This document shows positions 8,733-16,419 of a stretch of 43,793 nucleotides of DNA, one piece after another. The stretch is taken from IMG/VR virus record IMGVR_UViG_3300039918_000006, positions 1 to 43,793 of that record. One strand, given 5' to 3'. Position numbers and translations under genes: made by a program. This stretch comes from a virus. How positions within the stretch are numbered: the stretch's first letter is position 1; each line of letters opens with the position of its first letter. The notes below the pieces were generated by a model, which searched no databases, was not told the origin of the DNA, and worked only from the letters and a program-made list of their open reading frames with translations.

Positions 8733-10000
8733 TGCCATTATTTACACCGCCTCCACTAGCACCCCAGCGTGGCGATCGTGCCACTTTTTCGCAAAGGGTG
8801 GATGCCTTTTTAACTTGGTTGGTTCAATTAATCCCACAGCTCAACGACTTTATCGCTGGCCTCAATTCACGAAATGCCGGAGGTGCAAATACGTTTACGT
8901 ATTCCTTCGATAGCGCCACCTCTGATGTTGATCCTGGAGAGGGCAAGTTGCGCCTAGGATCTTCTGCCCAAAGCGCATCTAATGTCCTGCGTATAGATTT
9001 GGCTGCGGATGGCGGGGTAGATATTTCATCAATCCTAGATTCAATTGGTGCAGTTAGCTCAAATGTCAAAGGTAGCGTGAGGCTGCAAAAATCCAGCGAT
9101 GTCACGGCATTTATGATCTTTGACGTGACAAGTGTTATTAATGCCGGCGGTTATCGTAATCTGATGGTCACCCCAAGGGCAAGCAGTTCAATGTATCCAT
9201 TTTCTAATGGCGATTTGCTGTCTGTATTCTTTGATAGAAATGGCGACAAGGGGGACGGTGGCGGAACTCCATCACAGCAAGATATCCGTAATGCCATCGG
9301 CATCCTGGGCCTGGAAAACGGTGGGACGGGATCGAATTCGGTCATTGGCGCAAGAACTACTCTAGGCGTACCCTCTACGACTGATGTCGTACTAAAAGAC
9401 GGCATGAACGTAAGCACGGGAACACGGCTTGTTTCGGGTGCAGCGCCAGGTATTGCAAACATGAACGGCAGTAATGGCAACGAAGACAAGGTGCCGCTAA
9501 TCATTGGCAATAACAATAATGCTGGAGCATCGGCACTGATTCAGTTTGTTCGCACGGGTCAGCATGCGGTTTTCTTTGGTTTGGATACCGACAACAAGAT
9601 AAAACTTGGTGGTTATTCCCTTGGCGCTGTTGCCTATGAAATCTGGCACCAAGGTAACTTCAACCCATCTGGATACGCTCAGCTTTCTGGCGCAGCATTT
9701 ACCGGGAATGTATCAGCTCCAAAATTTACTGCTACCTCTGACGAGTCGCTAAAGGAGAACTGGCGCGCAATCCCTGACGACTTCCTTGAGCGATTTGCAG
9801 CGATTGAACGCGCCGGATTGTTTGACTGGTCCAACAGTGGCGAAACGGATGGAGGTATTGGTGCGCAATCTGTACGTGAGATTGCCCCATGGTGCGTGGT
9901 GGACGTAGACGGAAAGCTTAGTGTGAATCACGCCGCACTGAATACCGTTGTCAGCCATGCCTTGGCCCGCCGTGTCTTGCGCAATGAGGCGATGCAATGA
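8732..10000 (+). CDS. Tail fibre protein with C-terminal S74-type intramolecular chaperone (auto-cleaving) domain
   Basis: 422 aa. The C-terminus TSDESLKENWRAIPDDFLERFAAIERAGLFDW...GIGAQSVREI matches the peptidase_S74 / endosialidase chaperone pattern (SD..LKEN). TGATG coupling to the upstream gene. Confidence 0.75.
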   Translation: MPLFTPPPLAPQRGDRATFSQRVDAFLTWLVQLIPQLNDFIAGLNSRNAGGANTFTYSFDSATSDVDPGEGKLRLGSSAQSASNVLRIDLAADGGVDISSILDSIGAVSSNVKGSVRLQKSSDVTAFMIFDVTSVINAGGYRNLMVTPRASSSMYPFSNGDLLSVFFDRNGDKGDGGGTPSQQDIRNAIGILGLENGGTGSNSVIGARTTLGVPSTTDVVLKDGMNVSTGTRLVSGAAPGIANMNGSNGNEDKVPLIIGNNNNAGASALIQFVRTGQHAVFFGLDTDNKIKLGGYSLGAVAYEIWHQGNFNPSGYAQLSGAAFTGNVSAPKFTATSDESLKENWRAIPDDFLERFAAIERAGLFDWSNSGETDGGIGAQSVREIAPWCVVDVDGKLSVNHAALNTVVSHALARRVLRNEAMQ

Positions 10001-10518
10001 CTCTACCTTCCTCCGGCTCAATCAGTACGGATCAGATTCTTGCGGAGCTACGAATTGCAAACTCTAGCCGTGCATATCCATTGTCTCTGACTGATGCAGA
10101 CGTGCTTTCATTGGCAGGTAAAAGCGCACCGCCTGTAACGATGCCAGATGATTTCTACGGCAAGAGCGTAACGCCACCGACTCAGCCAGTGCAACCGATG
10201 GCACTCTATCCGAATGATACTAATCGCAGCATACCGAATACCTCAGCGGGAGGCGGATCGATCGCAATTAATCTCTCTGTCGCAGTAACCGGAGGCGCAA
10301 GGCCGCTTACATATCTCTGGACAAATATCATGTCAGCTGGCGGTATGACCCAAGTGACTGGAAACAATGGGCCGTCTCTGAATTTTGAGCGAACCTATGC
10401 TGAGAATTCCAGCGGCTCGGCCAGTGCGAGTGCAGTTTGCACAGTCACCGATGCGAATGGCGTTAGTAAGAGCACGGGCACTGTTTCAGGTACTGCGACA
10501 TGGGGTACGCCTGCCTAG
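9997..10518 (+). CDS. Putative tail fibre-associated protein
   Basis: 173 aa with an ATGA overlap to the fibre gene. The N-terminal SGSISTDQILAELRI...PLSLTD motif is common in the last gene of fibre modules. Confidence 0.45.
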   Translation: MTLPSSGSISTDQILAELRIANSSRAYPLSLTDADVLSLAGKSAPPVTMPDDFYGKSVTPPTQPVQPMALYPNDTNRSIPNTSAGGGSIAINLSVAVTGGARPLTYLWTNIMSAGGMTQVTGNNGPSLNFERTYAENSSGSASASAVCTVTDANGVSKSTGTVSGTATWGTPA

Positions 10519-10547
10519 TTGACCGATAGAAACCAAGTACGTAGAAT
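10519..10547 (+). promoter_or_regulatory. Sigma70-like promoter ahead of the lysis cassette
   Basis: TTGACC (10519-10524), 17-nt spacer, TAGAAT (10542-10547), directly after the fibre module stop. Confidence 0.5.
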
Positions 10548-10577
10548 CGAAGCCTCACCCACCCGCTAGGAGCTATC

Positions 10578-10688
10578 ATGCTGAAGCACAAACTGTTCTC
10601 GGACGCCGGCAACGGCAACCCACCGCCAAAAGACCCGCCGCCGATCAAAGATCCGAAGGACGAAGATCAAGATCCTATCGAGCCGTAA
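10578..10688 (+). CDS. Small Pro/Asp/Lys-rich protein (36 aa)
   Basis: AGGAG RBS lies 5 nt upstream of the ATG. Translation: MLKHKLFSDAGNGNPPPKDPPPIKDPKDEDQDPIEP. It is below the ORF-track size cut-off. Confidence 0.4.
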   Translation: MLKHKLFSDAGNGNPPPKDPPPIKDPKDEDQDPIEP

Positions 10689-10690
10689 CC

Positions 10691-11092
10691 ATGCTCTTTC
10701 CTAGCTACGCCGTGTTGCTTGGTGCCGGCCTGATAGCCAACTACCGTGACTGGCGTATGCTAGCGCTGACGGTCCTGATTGGCGTGAACGTGTTCATTCC
10801 GATTCCAGGATCGTCGGCTTTTGAGTTCTACGGATACTGCATCCTGGCGGAACTGTGCGTCATCATCGGCGCAACATTTCTGCAAACTCGATCCAGCATC
10901 ATCGTGATTGAGCTGGCTACCGTACTAATCGCTTTGCACGTTATGGCGTACTATATCGACGGACACCCTCCGTTAAGCCCGTACCGTGTCCTAGTAAAGC
11001 TTTGCGAATACGCACTCCTTTGCACCAGCATCATCTTTTCACAGGGCTTTTTACCAAGCATGCGAAACAGGATGCCGAAATGCGAAGACTAA
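10691..11092 (+). CDS. Polytopic membrane protein (holin/antiholin candidate)
   Basis: 133 aa with several hydrophobic helices. It is the first of three membrane-protein genes upstream of the endolysin. Confidence 0.55.
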   Translation: MLFPSYAVLLGAGLIANYRDWRMLALTVLIGVNVFIPIPGSSAFEFYGYCILAELCVIIGATFLQTRSSIIVIELATVLIALHVMAYYIDGHPPLSPYRVLVKLCEYALLCTSIIFSQGFLPSMRNRMPKCED

Positions 11093-11538
11093 GACTGCAA
11101 GATCAATTCTCCCCATACGTTCGATTTGTGATGGGCGGGCAGGCGATAGTGACCTGGTATAGCTCCACGGTCGATCCTGAATCCACGCTGTATCAAGTCG
11201 CGTCTACCGAAGATGGCGGCCTGATGATTTGGGCAATGGGTATATTCGGCATCTTGCTTTTGTTTGACCTGTTCATTAATGACTGGTCGCCGACATGCCT
11301 GCGCCTCGGCAGGAAAGAATTAAATCTCGGCTGGGAAAGGGTTTGGCAGCATCGCCATTGGCTATTCGTGGGCATTGCTGGCTGCTATGCAGCTCAACCA
11401 CACATAGCTGATGTAACTGGTCAATCTGTTGCCGTAGTGCTAGTATGTTACTGGTACAGCTTGATTAACATGATTGCCGCCTTCATTGACGCCGGCGAAA
11501 GATCGAGGAGACTCTGGTGGCAAAGAACGCACAGCTGA
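11080..11538 (+). CDS. Membrane protein (lysis-cassette associated)
   Basis: Internal ATG at 11080 preceded by AGGA. 152 aa with hydrophobic segments. It overlaps the upstream gene by 13 nt. Confidence 0.5.
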   Translation: MRRLRLQDQFSPYVRFVMGGQAIVTWYSSTVDPESTLYQVASTEDGGLMIWAMGIFGILLLFDLFINDWSPTCLRLGRKELNLGWERVWQHRHWLFVGIAGCYAAQPHIADVTGQSVAVVLVCYWYSLINMIAAFIDAGERSRRLWWQRTHS

Positions 11539-11990
11539 ACCGTGTCCTATGGGTATATATACTGTTCTGCTGGGCAGGAATTGCATACGCTAGTGAACTC
11601 TCTTTCGCTGATGGGATCGAGTCTATCCCGCTAAAAGCATTTGGCTACGTAGCTGTTCTTTCAATCCTCGGCGGCATGGCTGCTACCCTCCCCAAGATTA
11701 TCAATCCTGCCATCGTCATTACCAATCTTCCAGGCGAGATCATCAAGGATATTGTGCTGTCGTTCTTTGCTGGCCTTGTAGTCTTCTTGGTTGCGATCTG
11801 GTGGGAATGGGCATGGTCAAAGACTTGCCTTGTGATCCTATTGGCTGGCGCAGGTAATGCGAAGTTTATCGACATGGTTCTGAACAAAGGTTTTTTCCCG
11901 CGCGTGGCTCAAGCCATCGGGAAAACCTCTGAACCTGCTCCGCCGCCTCCTTCTGTCCCTCCCGTTAATCGTGAAGAAAGCCCGCAATGA
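11517..11990 (+). CDS. Polytopic membrane protein (holin candidate)
   Basis: GTG start with a GAGGAG RBS 6 nt upstream. 157 aa with about 4 TM helices. ATGA overlap with the endolysin gene. Confidence 0.55.
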   Translation: MAKNAQLNRVLWVYILFCWAGIAYASELSFADGIESIPLKAFGYVAVLSILGGMAATLPKIINPAIVITNLPGEIIKDIVLSFFAGLVVFLVAIWWEWAWSKTCLVILLAGAGNAKFIDMVLNKGFFPRVAQAIGKTSEPAPPPPSVPPVNREESPQ

Positions 11991-12487
11991 CGCCTCAACG
12001 TTTGCTTAACACGGGAATTTCGCCGGCGATGGCGGAGCTTGAATCAATTGGAGTTCGTGACAGTGTAGAGGCTCGTCGTTTCCTGCTTGCCATCGCATTG
12101 CAGGAGTCAAGGCTAGATCATCGCCGCCAAGTGGTCGCAGGAGGATCAGAAACCGGTCCTGCTGCCTCTTTCTGGCAGTTTGAGCAGGGCGGTGGCTGCA
12201 AGGGCGTTTTAACGCATCCTGCAAGCTCTGAACGCATGCGCAAGATATGTGCTGACTACAACGTCCTGCCGACTCCTTCAGGGCTGTGGGAAGCTATGCG
12301 CTATAACGACATCGTGGCCGCTGCTGCGGCGCGCATGCTCGTCTACACGCTGCCGTCTGCTTTGCCCACTACTCAGGAGCAAGGCTGGCAGCAATACCTG
12401 TCAGCATGGCGTCCTGGCAAGCCTCATCTGCAAAGCTGGGAGAAAAACTGGGTTCAAGCGTCACTAGCTTTGGGAATCAAATCATGA
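11987..12487 (+). CDS. Endolysin, lytic transglycosylase/lysozyme-like
   Basis: 166 aa. It has an SLT-like catalytic motif, LAIALQESRLDHRRQ (E-S), and sits between the membrane proteins and the spanins. Confidence 0.75.
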   Translation: MTPQRLLNTGISPAMAELESIGVRDSVEARRFLLAIALQESRLDHRRQVVAGGSETGPAASFWQFEQGGGCKGVLTHPASSERMRKICADYNVLPTPSGLWEAMRYNDIVAAAAARMLVYTLPSALPTTQEQGWQQYLSAWRPGKPHLQSWEKNWVQASLALGIKS

Positions 12488-12957
12488 GTATCGTACCTAC
12501 CTGGCCTATCGCTGCAATCTGCCTTGCTGTCGGTGTAGCTGGTGGCGCTGTTAGCACGCGCTATGTCTACGTCAACAAGATTGAGAAGATCCAGGCGCAG
12601 CACACTGAGCTACTACGCCAGCGCGAAGTCAAGCGCGCCGACGATGAGCGCGCAGCACGTGCAAAGGAACAAGGATGGGTCGAGCGTGTCAACGAAGCCG
12701 AACAAAGGAGAATCAATGAAACGGATCGCATTCGTAATGATGCTGACAGCCTTATTGCCCGCCTGCGCAAGCAAGCCGCCAGCAAGCCCGCCAGCACAAG
12801 TTGTATGCCCCAAGCCACCGCCGCTGGCGAAAGTACCGCTGGGGGAGAGCTTTCTAACGGAAGCCGAGAGGGTACTGTTCGGCTCGCCCAGCGTGCAGAA
12901 GAGCAGCGAGAAGCGCTAGGAGCGTGCTATAGGGCTTATGACGCGACGAGCAACTAG
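12484..12957 (+). CDS. Rz: i-spanin (Rz-like)
   Basis: ATG at 12484 overlaps the endolysin stop (ATGA). N-terminal TM helix (IVPTWPIAAICLAVGVAGGAV) followed by a charged coiled-coil region. Confidence 0.8.
   Translation: MSIVPTWPIAAICLAVGVAGGAVSTRYVYVNKIEKIQAQHTELLRQREVKRADDERAARAKEQGWVERVNEAEQRRINETDRIRNDADSLIARLRKQAASKPASTSCMPQATAAGESTAGGELSNGSREGTVRLAQRAEEQREALGACYRAYDATSN
12716..12919 (+). CDS. Rz1: o-spanin (Rz1-like lipoprotein), fully embedded in the i-spanin gene in the +1 frame
   Basis: AAGGAG RBS. MKRIAFVMMLTALLPAC contains a lipobox (LLPAC) and is followed by a Pro-rich mature part. 67 aa. Confidence 0.8.
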   Translation: MKRIAFVMMLTALLPACASKPPASPPAQVVCPKPPPLAKVPLGESFLTEAERVLFGSPSVQKSSEKR

Positions 12958-13172
12958 TATGGCGGATACTGGTCACCGCGCCTTGGCTCGAACTTCCATT
13001 TCTTCCAAGTCGCTTTTCGGCTGCGCTCCCAGAACACGTTTAAGATTCCGATAAGCATAGCCAAAGCGGTGATTGCCCAAAAGTGCCAGCCGGAAGGGGA
13101 AAGCCCAGCTGTCGCCATTACGGCGCCCAATAGACCGCAACAAAACCACTCCAAAAACATATAGCGCATCAC
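12954..13172 (-). CDS. Small two-TM membrane protein
   Basis: 72 aa and the last gene of the leftward arm. Its stop shares the CTAG tetranucleotide with the convergent i-spanin stop. Confidence 0.6.
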   Translation of the reverse strand: MMRYMFLEWFCCGLLGAVMATAGLSPSGWHFWAITALAMLIGILNVFWERSRKATWKKWKFEPRRGDQYPPY

Positions 13173-13360
13173 GCACCCCTCTTAGCATCTTCCATCGAGC
13201 GCACAGCCATATACATGGCAATGCACCAGCCTAGAATAGTCCAGCCGAAGAAAAAGTTAATCACGAAGACCGACATGCGCCGGCCCTTGTTTGCCAGGAT
13301 CGTCGGCAAGAAGTACATCAATAACAGCACAATCGCATAGCCTGCTGCGTCGTAGTTCAT
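13169..13360 (-). CDS. Superinfection immunity protein (Imm_superinfect family-like)
   Basis: 63 aa. MYFLPTILANKGRR...VINFFFGWTILGWCIAMYMAV matches the conserved YFLP..IA / N...GWT..GW pattern of T4 Imm-type proteins. Confidence 0.7.
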   Translation of the reverse strand: MNYDAAGYAIVLLLMYFLPTILANKGRRMSVFVINFFFGWTILGWCIAMYMAVRSMEDAKRGA

Positions 13361-13361
13361 T

Positions 13362-13673
13362 TTAGTTTCCCTGGTGGTTGAACAACGGATTGATCTTGTT
13401 GCCGCGCTCTGCGTTGCGCAAGGCGTCGGACAGTCCGACTAGGCGCTTGTAGTGGTCGCGCTCTTTGGTCATAGCTTCTAGCTGACTCTGTAGATTCTGA
13501 ACATTCTCCGCATGCATGCGTGCGGCAGCATGGTAGTGAACGTTCAGATTGTCATAATTTGTTTGCAGCATTTGTTCGCGGTCTTTGTGGTCGTCATACC
13601 TAACCCAATCGCCGTATTCGTCTTCGTCTTGCTCGATCATTCCGCGTGATACTGAAAGGTCATAGCGTTTCAT
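13362..13673 (-). CDS. Hypothetical protein (coiled-coil rich)
   Basis: 103-aa ORF coupled by ATGA to the upstream small ORF. Confidence 0.6.
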   Translation of the reverse strand: MKRYDLSVSRGMIEQDEDEYGDWVRYDDHKDREQMLQTNYDNLNVHYHAAARMHAENVQNLQSQLEAMTKERDHYKRLVGLSDALRNAERGNKINPLFNHQGN

Positions 13674-13834
13674 TTCTGCCTATCCTTCCTTGTGCTAACC
13701 GCTAGTTGAGCAGTCTCTGTAGTGAACTTGTATGCTTTACCGCTGGCCTGTACTGCCTTGCCGCCCATAGCTGCAATCTGCTTTCGGCGTTCAGGATCAA
13801 CGGCAGCTAAGCCGCGTGGTTTCTTTTCTTTCAT
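13670..13834 (-). CDS. KGG-repeat small stress-protein-like protein (YciG-like), 54 aa
   Basis: My translation is MKEKKPRGLAAVDPERRKQIAAMGGKAVQASGKAYKFTTETAQLAVSTRKDRQK. RG.A..DPE...I...GGKA is the KGG stress-repeat pattern. It is below the ORF-track cut-off. Confidence 0.55.
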   Translation of the reverse strand: MKEKKPRGLAAVDPERRKQIAAMGGKAVQASGKAYKFTTETAQLAVSTRKDRQK

Positions 13835-13873
13835 TCAGTATCCTATGCGCCCACCGAAGCGGGCGCGTTTTAG

Positions 13874-14134
13874 TTAATCTGGATAGATTACGTTTTCTAG
13901 CTTGGAGCTGTGATCTTCTCCAACTTCCCCATACGCAAGGCATTCACATCCATTCTTATCTAAACGGCAAACATCAGCCATGACATAAGCCACATTTCCG
14001 TTTTTCATCTCTGTCGAACTTCCAACGCTTCCCGTGCATTCCGCCATAGCAATCTCATCCAACGCCGCTTCTAGACTTACTGCTTCTTTAACAAGCCAAT
14101 TTTTCCCGTATATATTGACAATTTGGTCTTTCAT
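13874..14134 (-). CDS. Hypothetical protein (86 aa)
   Basis: Internal ATG at 14134 preceded by AGGGAG; the longer ORF-track start lacks an RBS. Confidence 0.55.
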   Translation of the reverse strand: MKDQIVNIYGKNWLVKEAVSLEAALDEIAMAECTGSVGSSTEMKNGNVAYVMADVCRLDKNGCECLAYGEVGEDHSSKLENVIYPD

Positions 14135-14402
14135 TTTTTTCTCCCTATCGCAACGCCGCGCGCTGCATCCATGTACAGAACAATAGCAAAGCTCCGTACA
14201 GGATGCAAGCACTATTGCTCGCTATTTCGCGCCTCGTTGGCTTTCCGCACACGCGCCCTACGATCTCGGCCTTTCCTGCGGTCTTCTTGTGATCCTCTGC
14301 TTATCATGCGGCCAGTCAGCCATCCTAGAAGCAAAGAGGCTGCGCTCCATGCTAGTGCTTAGTCAGTCCAAGTATCGAAGTGCATGTGCGGTCTCCGGTG
14401 GG

Positions 14403-14858
14403 TTATTTGACTAAGCTAATCGGATCTTCAAGCTTGAGAGGTAGATCCTTGTAGTCCAATGTGGGGTGACGACAGGTCTTGTTGAATGTGTAGATAGAAA
14501 CCGCTTGAGCGATATCCATATCACGTTTTGCTCTATCTTCAAGTGCTCTGTCAAACTCCTCTCGCGTAACAATCTGTCCTGAATTGCATGCATGCCTGAG
14601 AACATCATTCGCGACTTCGCGCAACATCGTAGCCGTGCCGCCTTCGGCGTGATGCCAAACTCTGACTAGATCTGAGGGTTCCATCTGTGTCTTGGGATAC
14701 ACTCGCTCTGGCTCGACGGGCTTGATGCGGAACTCTTCCGACTCTTCAAAGTTTGGCTTTTCAGTATCAACCCAACGATTCATGCTTCTTAGCAGATACT
14801 GAATCTGTGCTCCATCCAGCCATGCACGAATCAGTTCTGCGTGTTTTTTGCTAGCCAT
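14403..14858 (-). CDS. Hypothetical phage protein
   Basis: 151 aa. The N-terminal HAELIRAWLDGAQIQY motif is common in phage early proteins of unknown function. Confidence 0.65.
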   Translation of the reverse strand: MASKKHAELIRAWLDGAQIQYLLRSMNRWVDTEKPNFEESEEFRIKPVEPERVYPKTQMEPSDLVRVWHHAEGGTATMLREVANDVLRHACNSGQIVTREEFDRALEDRAKRDMDIAQAVSIYTFNKTCRHPTLDYKDLPLKLEDPISLVK

Positions 14859-14871
14859 TCTCTTCTCCTAG

Positions 14872-15015
14872 TTATTTATGCAACCAACCGATGAAAGCAG
14901 AATCATTTCCAGGCAGCTTCCACTCGTACGTATCCGACCTAAATTTGGCCACTACACGATAATGCTTTCCTTCGAGCTTCCCTGCATACCTACCCTCACG
15001 TTTATTCCTGCTCAT
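14872..15015 (-). CDS. Small hypothetical protein (47 aa)
   Basis: AGGAGAGGA RBS. Translation: MSRNKREGRYAGKLEGKHYRVVAKFRSDTYEWKLPGNDSAFIGWLHK. It fills the gap between two minus-strand genes. Confidence 0.45.
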   Translation of the reverse strand: MSRNKREGRYAGKLEGKHYRVVAKFRSDTYEWKLPGNDSAFIGWLHK

Positions 15016-15028
15016 CTTCCTCTCCTAG

Positions 15029-15976
15029 TTATTGTGAGAGCTGCTTGATAGTGTCCCGCACGTCTTGCATGCCAACGAGCGTCACGCCCGAGCCACGCCG
15101 ATATACGAGCTTTGCCTTCTCTAGATCGCCATACAGTACAGCTGGGAGCAACGGCATCCCCTGAGCGCGGTTGTGGGCGTTTGCCTGGCCTGTGAGCTGC
15201 GCAGGGTATTCTGTTGCACCACCGCGCTGCGCATAGGCGCGATATCGCTGCTGGAACTCTTTTGCGACAAACGGCCACTCCTTGTCATCCTTGCCACCAA
15301 CAAGGATCCAGCCTCCCATATCCGCCAGCACGCGGTGGATGGTGGCGTCATCAAAGATCACGTCATCCCATGTGCCGCGCACGCGAACGGCCTGGTCCAC
15401 CTTGCTCCAAGCGATCTGCGAGCGGTCATCGGTGCCGCCGTCGATCATCTTGATAATGTCTGTGTTCTTTGGCATCCATCGGCCCGATTCATCAGGCAAC
15501 TGCGTATGCGCCCAACAAGCCTTCTCAATCGCTTCATAGCTGTATTGGCGCAATCCCTGCCAGTAGATGCCTAGTTTAGCGCGTGACATTTCGTGGTTGT
15601 AATAATCCGACAAGCCGGTGAAAAGCGTAGCGAAACGCTTCTTCTGTTCAAGCGTGTCATCCATCGGCTCATCTGCAAGCCACTCCTGCGCGTTCTCAGC
15701 GGTCGCCTGCCCGTGCTTACCAAGCTGCGGTAACTTGCTCTTGCTGCCGCGTGTAGAGGCGTCACGGCGCTCCTTAAGCGGATACAGATCGGTCCAGTTG
15801 TTAGCCGTGGATTGGTCGAGGATCGCGCCTACATCTTCGCCAGCTGCGTGGAAAGCAGCAAGGTCTTTGATCCGCAGCTCTTCTGCCCGCTCAGTCATGG
15901 GTTTCTTGATACGCTTGCGCATTTCAACCCAGCCGTTCCAGGCTTCTAACGGCATCCAGTCAGGTAGGCTTGTCAT
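15029..15976 (-). CDS. Putative replication initiation / primosome-recruiting protein
   Basis: 315 aa. The N-terminal LPDWMPLEAWNGWVEMRKRIKKPMT...NNWTDLYPLK resembles the N-domain of phage replication (O/DnaT-like) proteins. It is the only replication-type gene seen. Confidence 0.5.
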   Translation of the reverse strand: MTSLPDWMPLEAWNGWVEMRKRIKKPMTERAEELRIKDLAAFHAAGEDVGAILDQSTANNWTDLYPLKERRDASTRGSKSKLPQLGKHGQATAENAQEWLADEPMDDTLEQKKRFATLFTGLSDYYNHEMSRAKLGIYWQGLRQYSYEAIEKACWAHTQLPDESGRWMPKNTDIIKMIDGGTDDRSQIAWSKVDQAVRVRGTWDDVIFDDATIHRVLADMGGWILVGGKDDKEWPFVAKEFQQRYRAYAQRGGATEYPAQLTGQANAHNRAQGMPLLPAVLYGDLEKAKLVYRRGSGVTLVGMQDVRDTIKQLSQ

Positions 15977-16419
15977 TTCGGTTCTCTCGTTTCCACTGAT
16001 TCTTCACGTAATGCAGCCTCTGCTAATATCCCCTTGATGTGATCAAGGACAGGACCATGCATGTATTCGTCTGCGTGAAACCCGCACATCTCTTGAATCT
16101 CAAGCATGTCACGCACGATACCGCCTGCCTCGCACCGACGCGATTCACGGCCTGCTTCTAGTCCTGCTTCGAAAGCATCCTCCTGAATGTCGACAACTGT
16201 ATCTCGGCTGTAGCCCCACCGAACATCCCTCATGTCATCCATTTCTGGCAGCGATGGGAGTTCGCATTCTGCTGCCTGCTTATTAGCATCAGACTTGGAT
16301 TTCAGAATGTAGACTTTGCAACCCTCAGGAACATCTTCTGCCTTAAAGCAGACCATCGTGAATCCTTCGGTTGCCGGCATGTACGATGCAGATCCAACTT
16401 CTTTTATTTCTTTTCCCAT
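15973..16419 (-). CDS. Hypothetical protein (148 aa, acidic)
   Basis: GGGAGAG RBS. ATGA overlap with the downstream gene. It lies immediately downstream of structured element L. Confidence 0.65.
   Translation of the reverse strand: MGKEIKEVGSASYMPATEGFTMVCFKAEDVPEGCKVYILKSKSDANKQAAECELPSLPEMDDMRDVRWGYSRDTVVDIQEDAFEAGLEAGRESRRCEAGGIVRDMLEIQEMCGFHADEYMHGPVLDHIKGILAEAALREESVETREPK

Noticed and set aside
12542-12919. Full 125-aa ORF in the +1 frame of the i-spanin gene.
   Set aside because: Only the internal start at 12716 has an RBS (AAGGAG) and yields a proper lipoprotein signal (LLPAC). The upstream part is Arg/Ser-rich out-of-frame noise.
14135-14402. Small basic minus-strand ORF (MISRGSQEDRRKGRDRRARVRKANEARNSEQ, 31 aa) and the plus-strand 79-aa ORF 14123..14362 in a 268-nt gap.
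   Set aside because: Neither has a convincing RBS. The plus-strand ORF opposes the operon direction. The gap more likely holds a terminator or promoter for the leftward genes. It is left unannotated.
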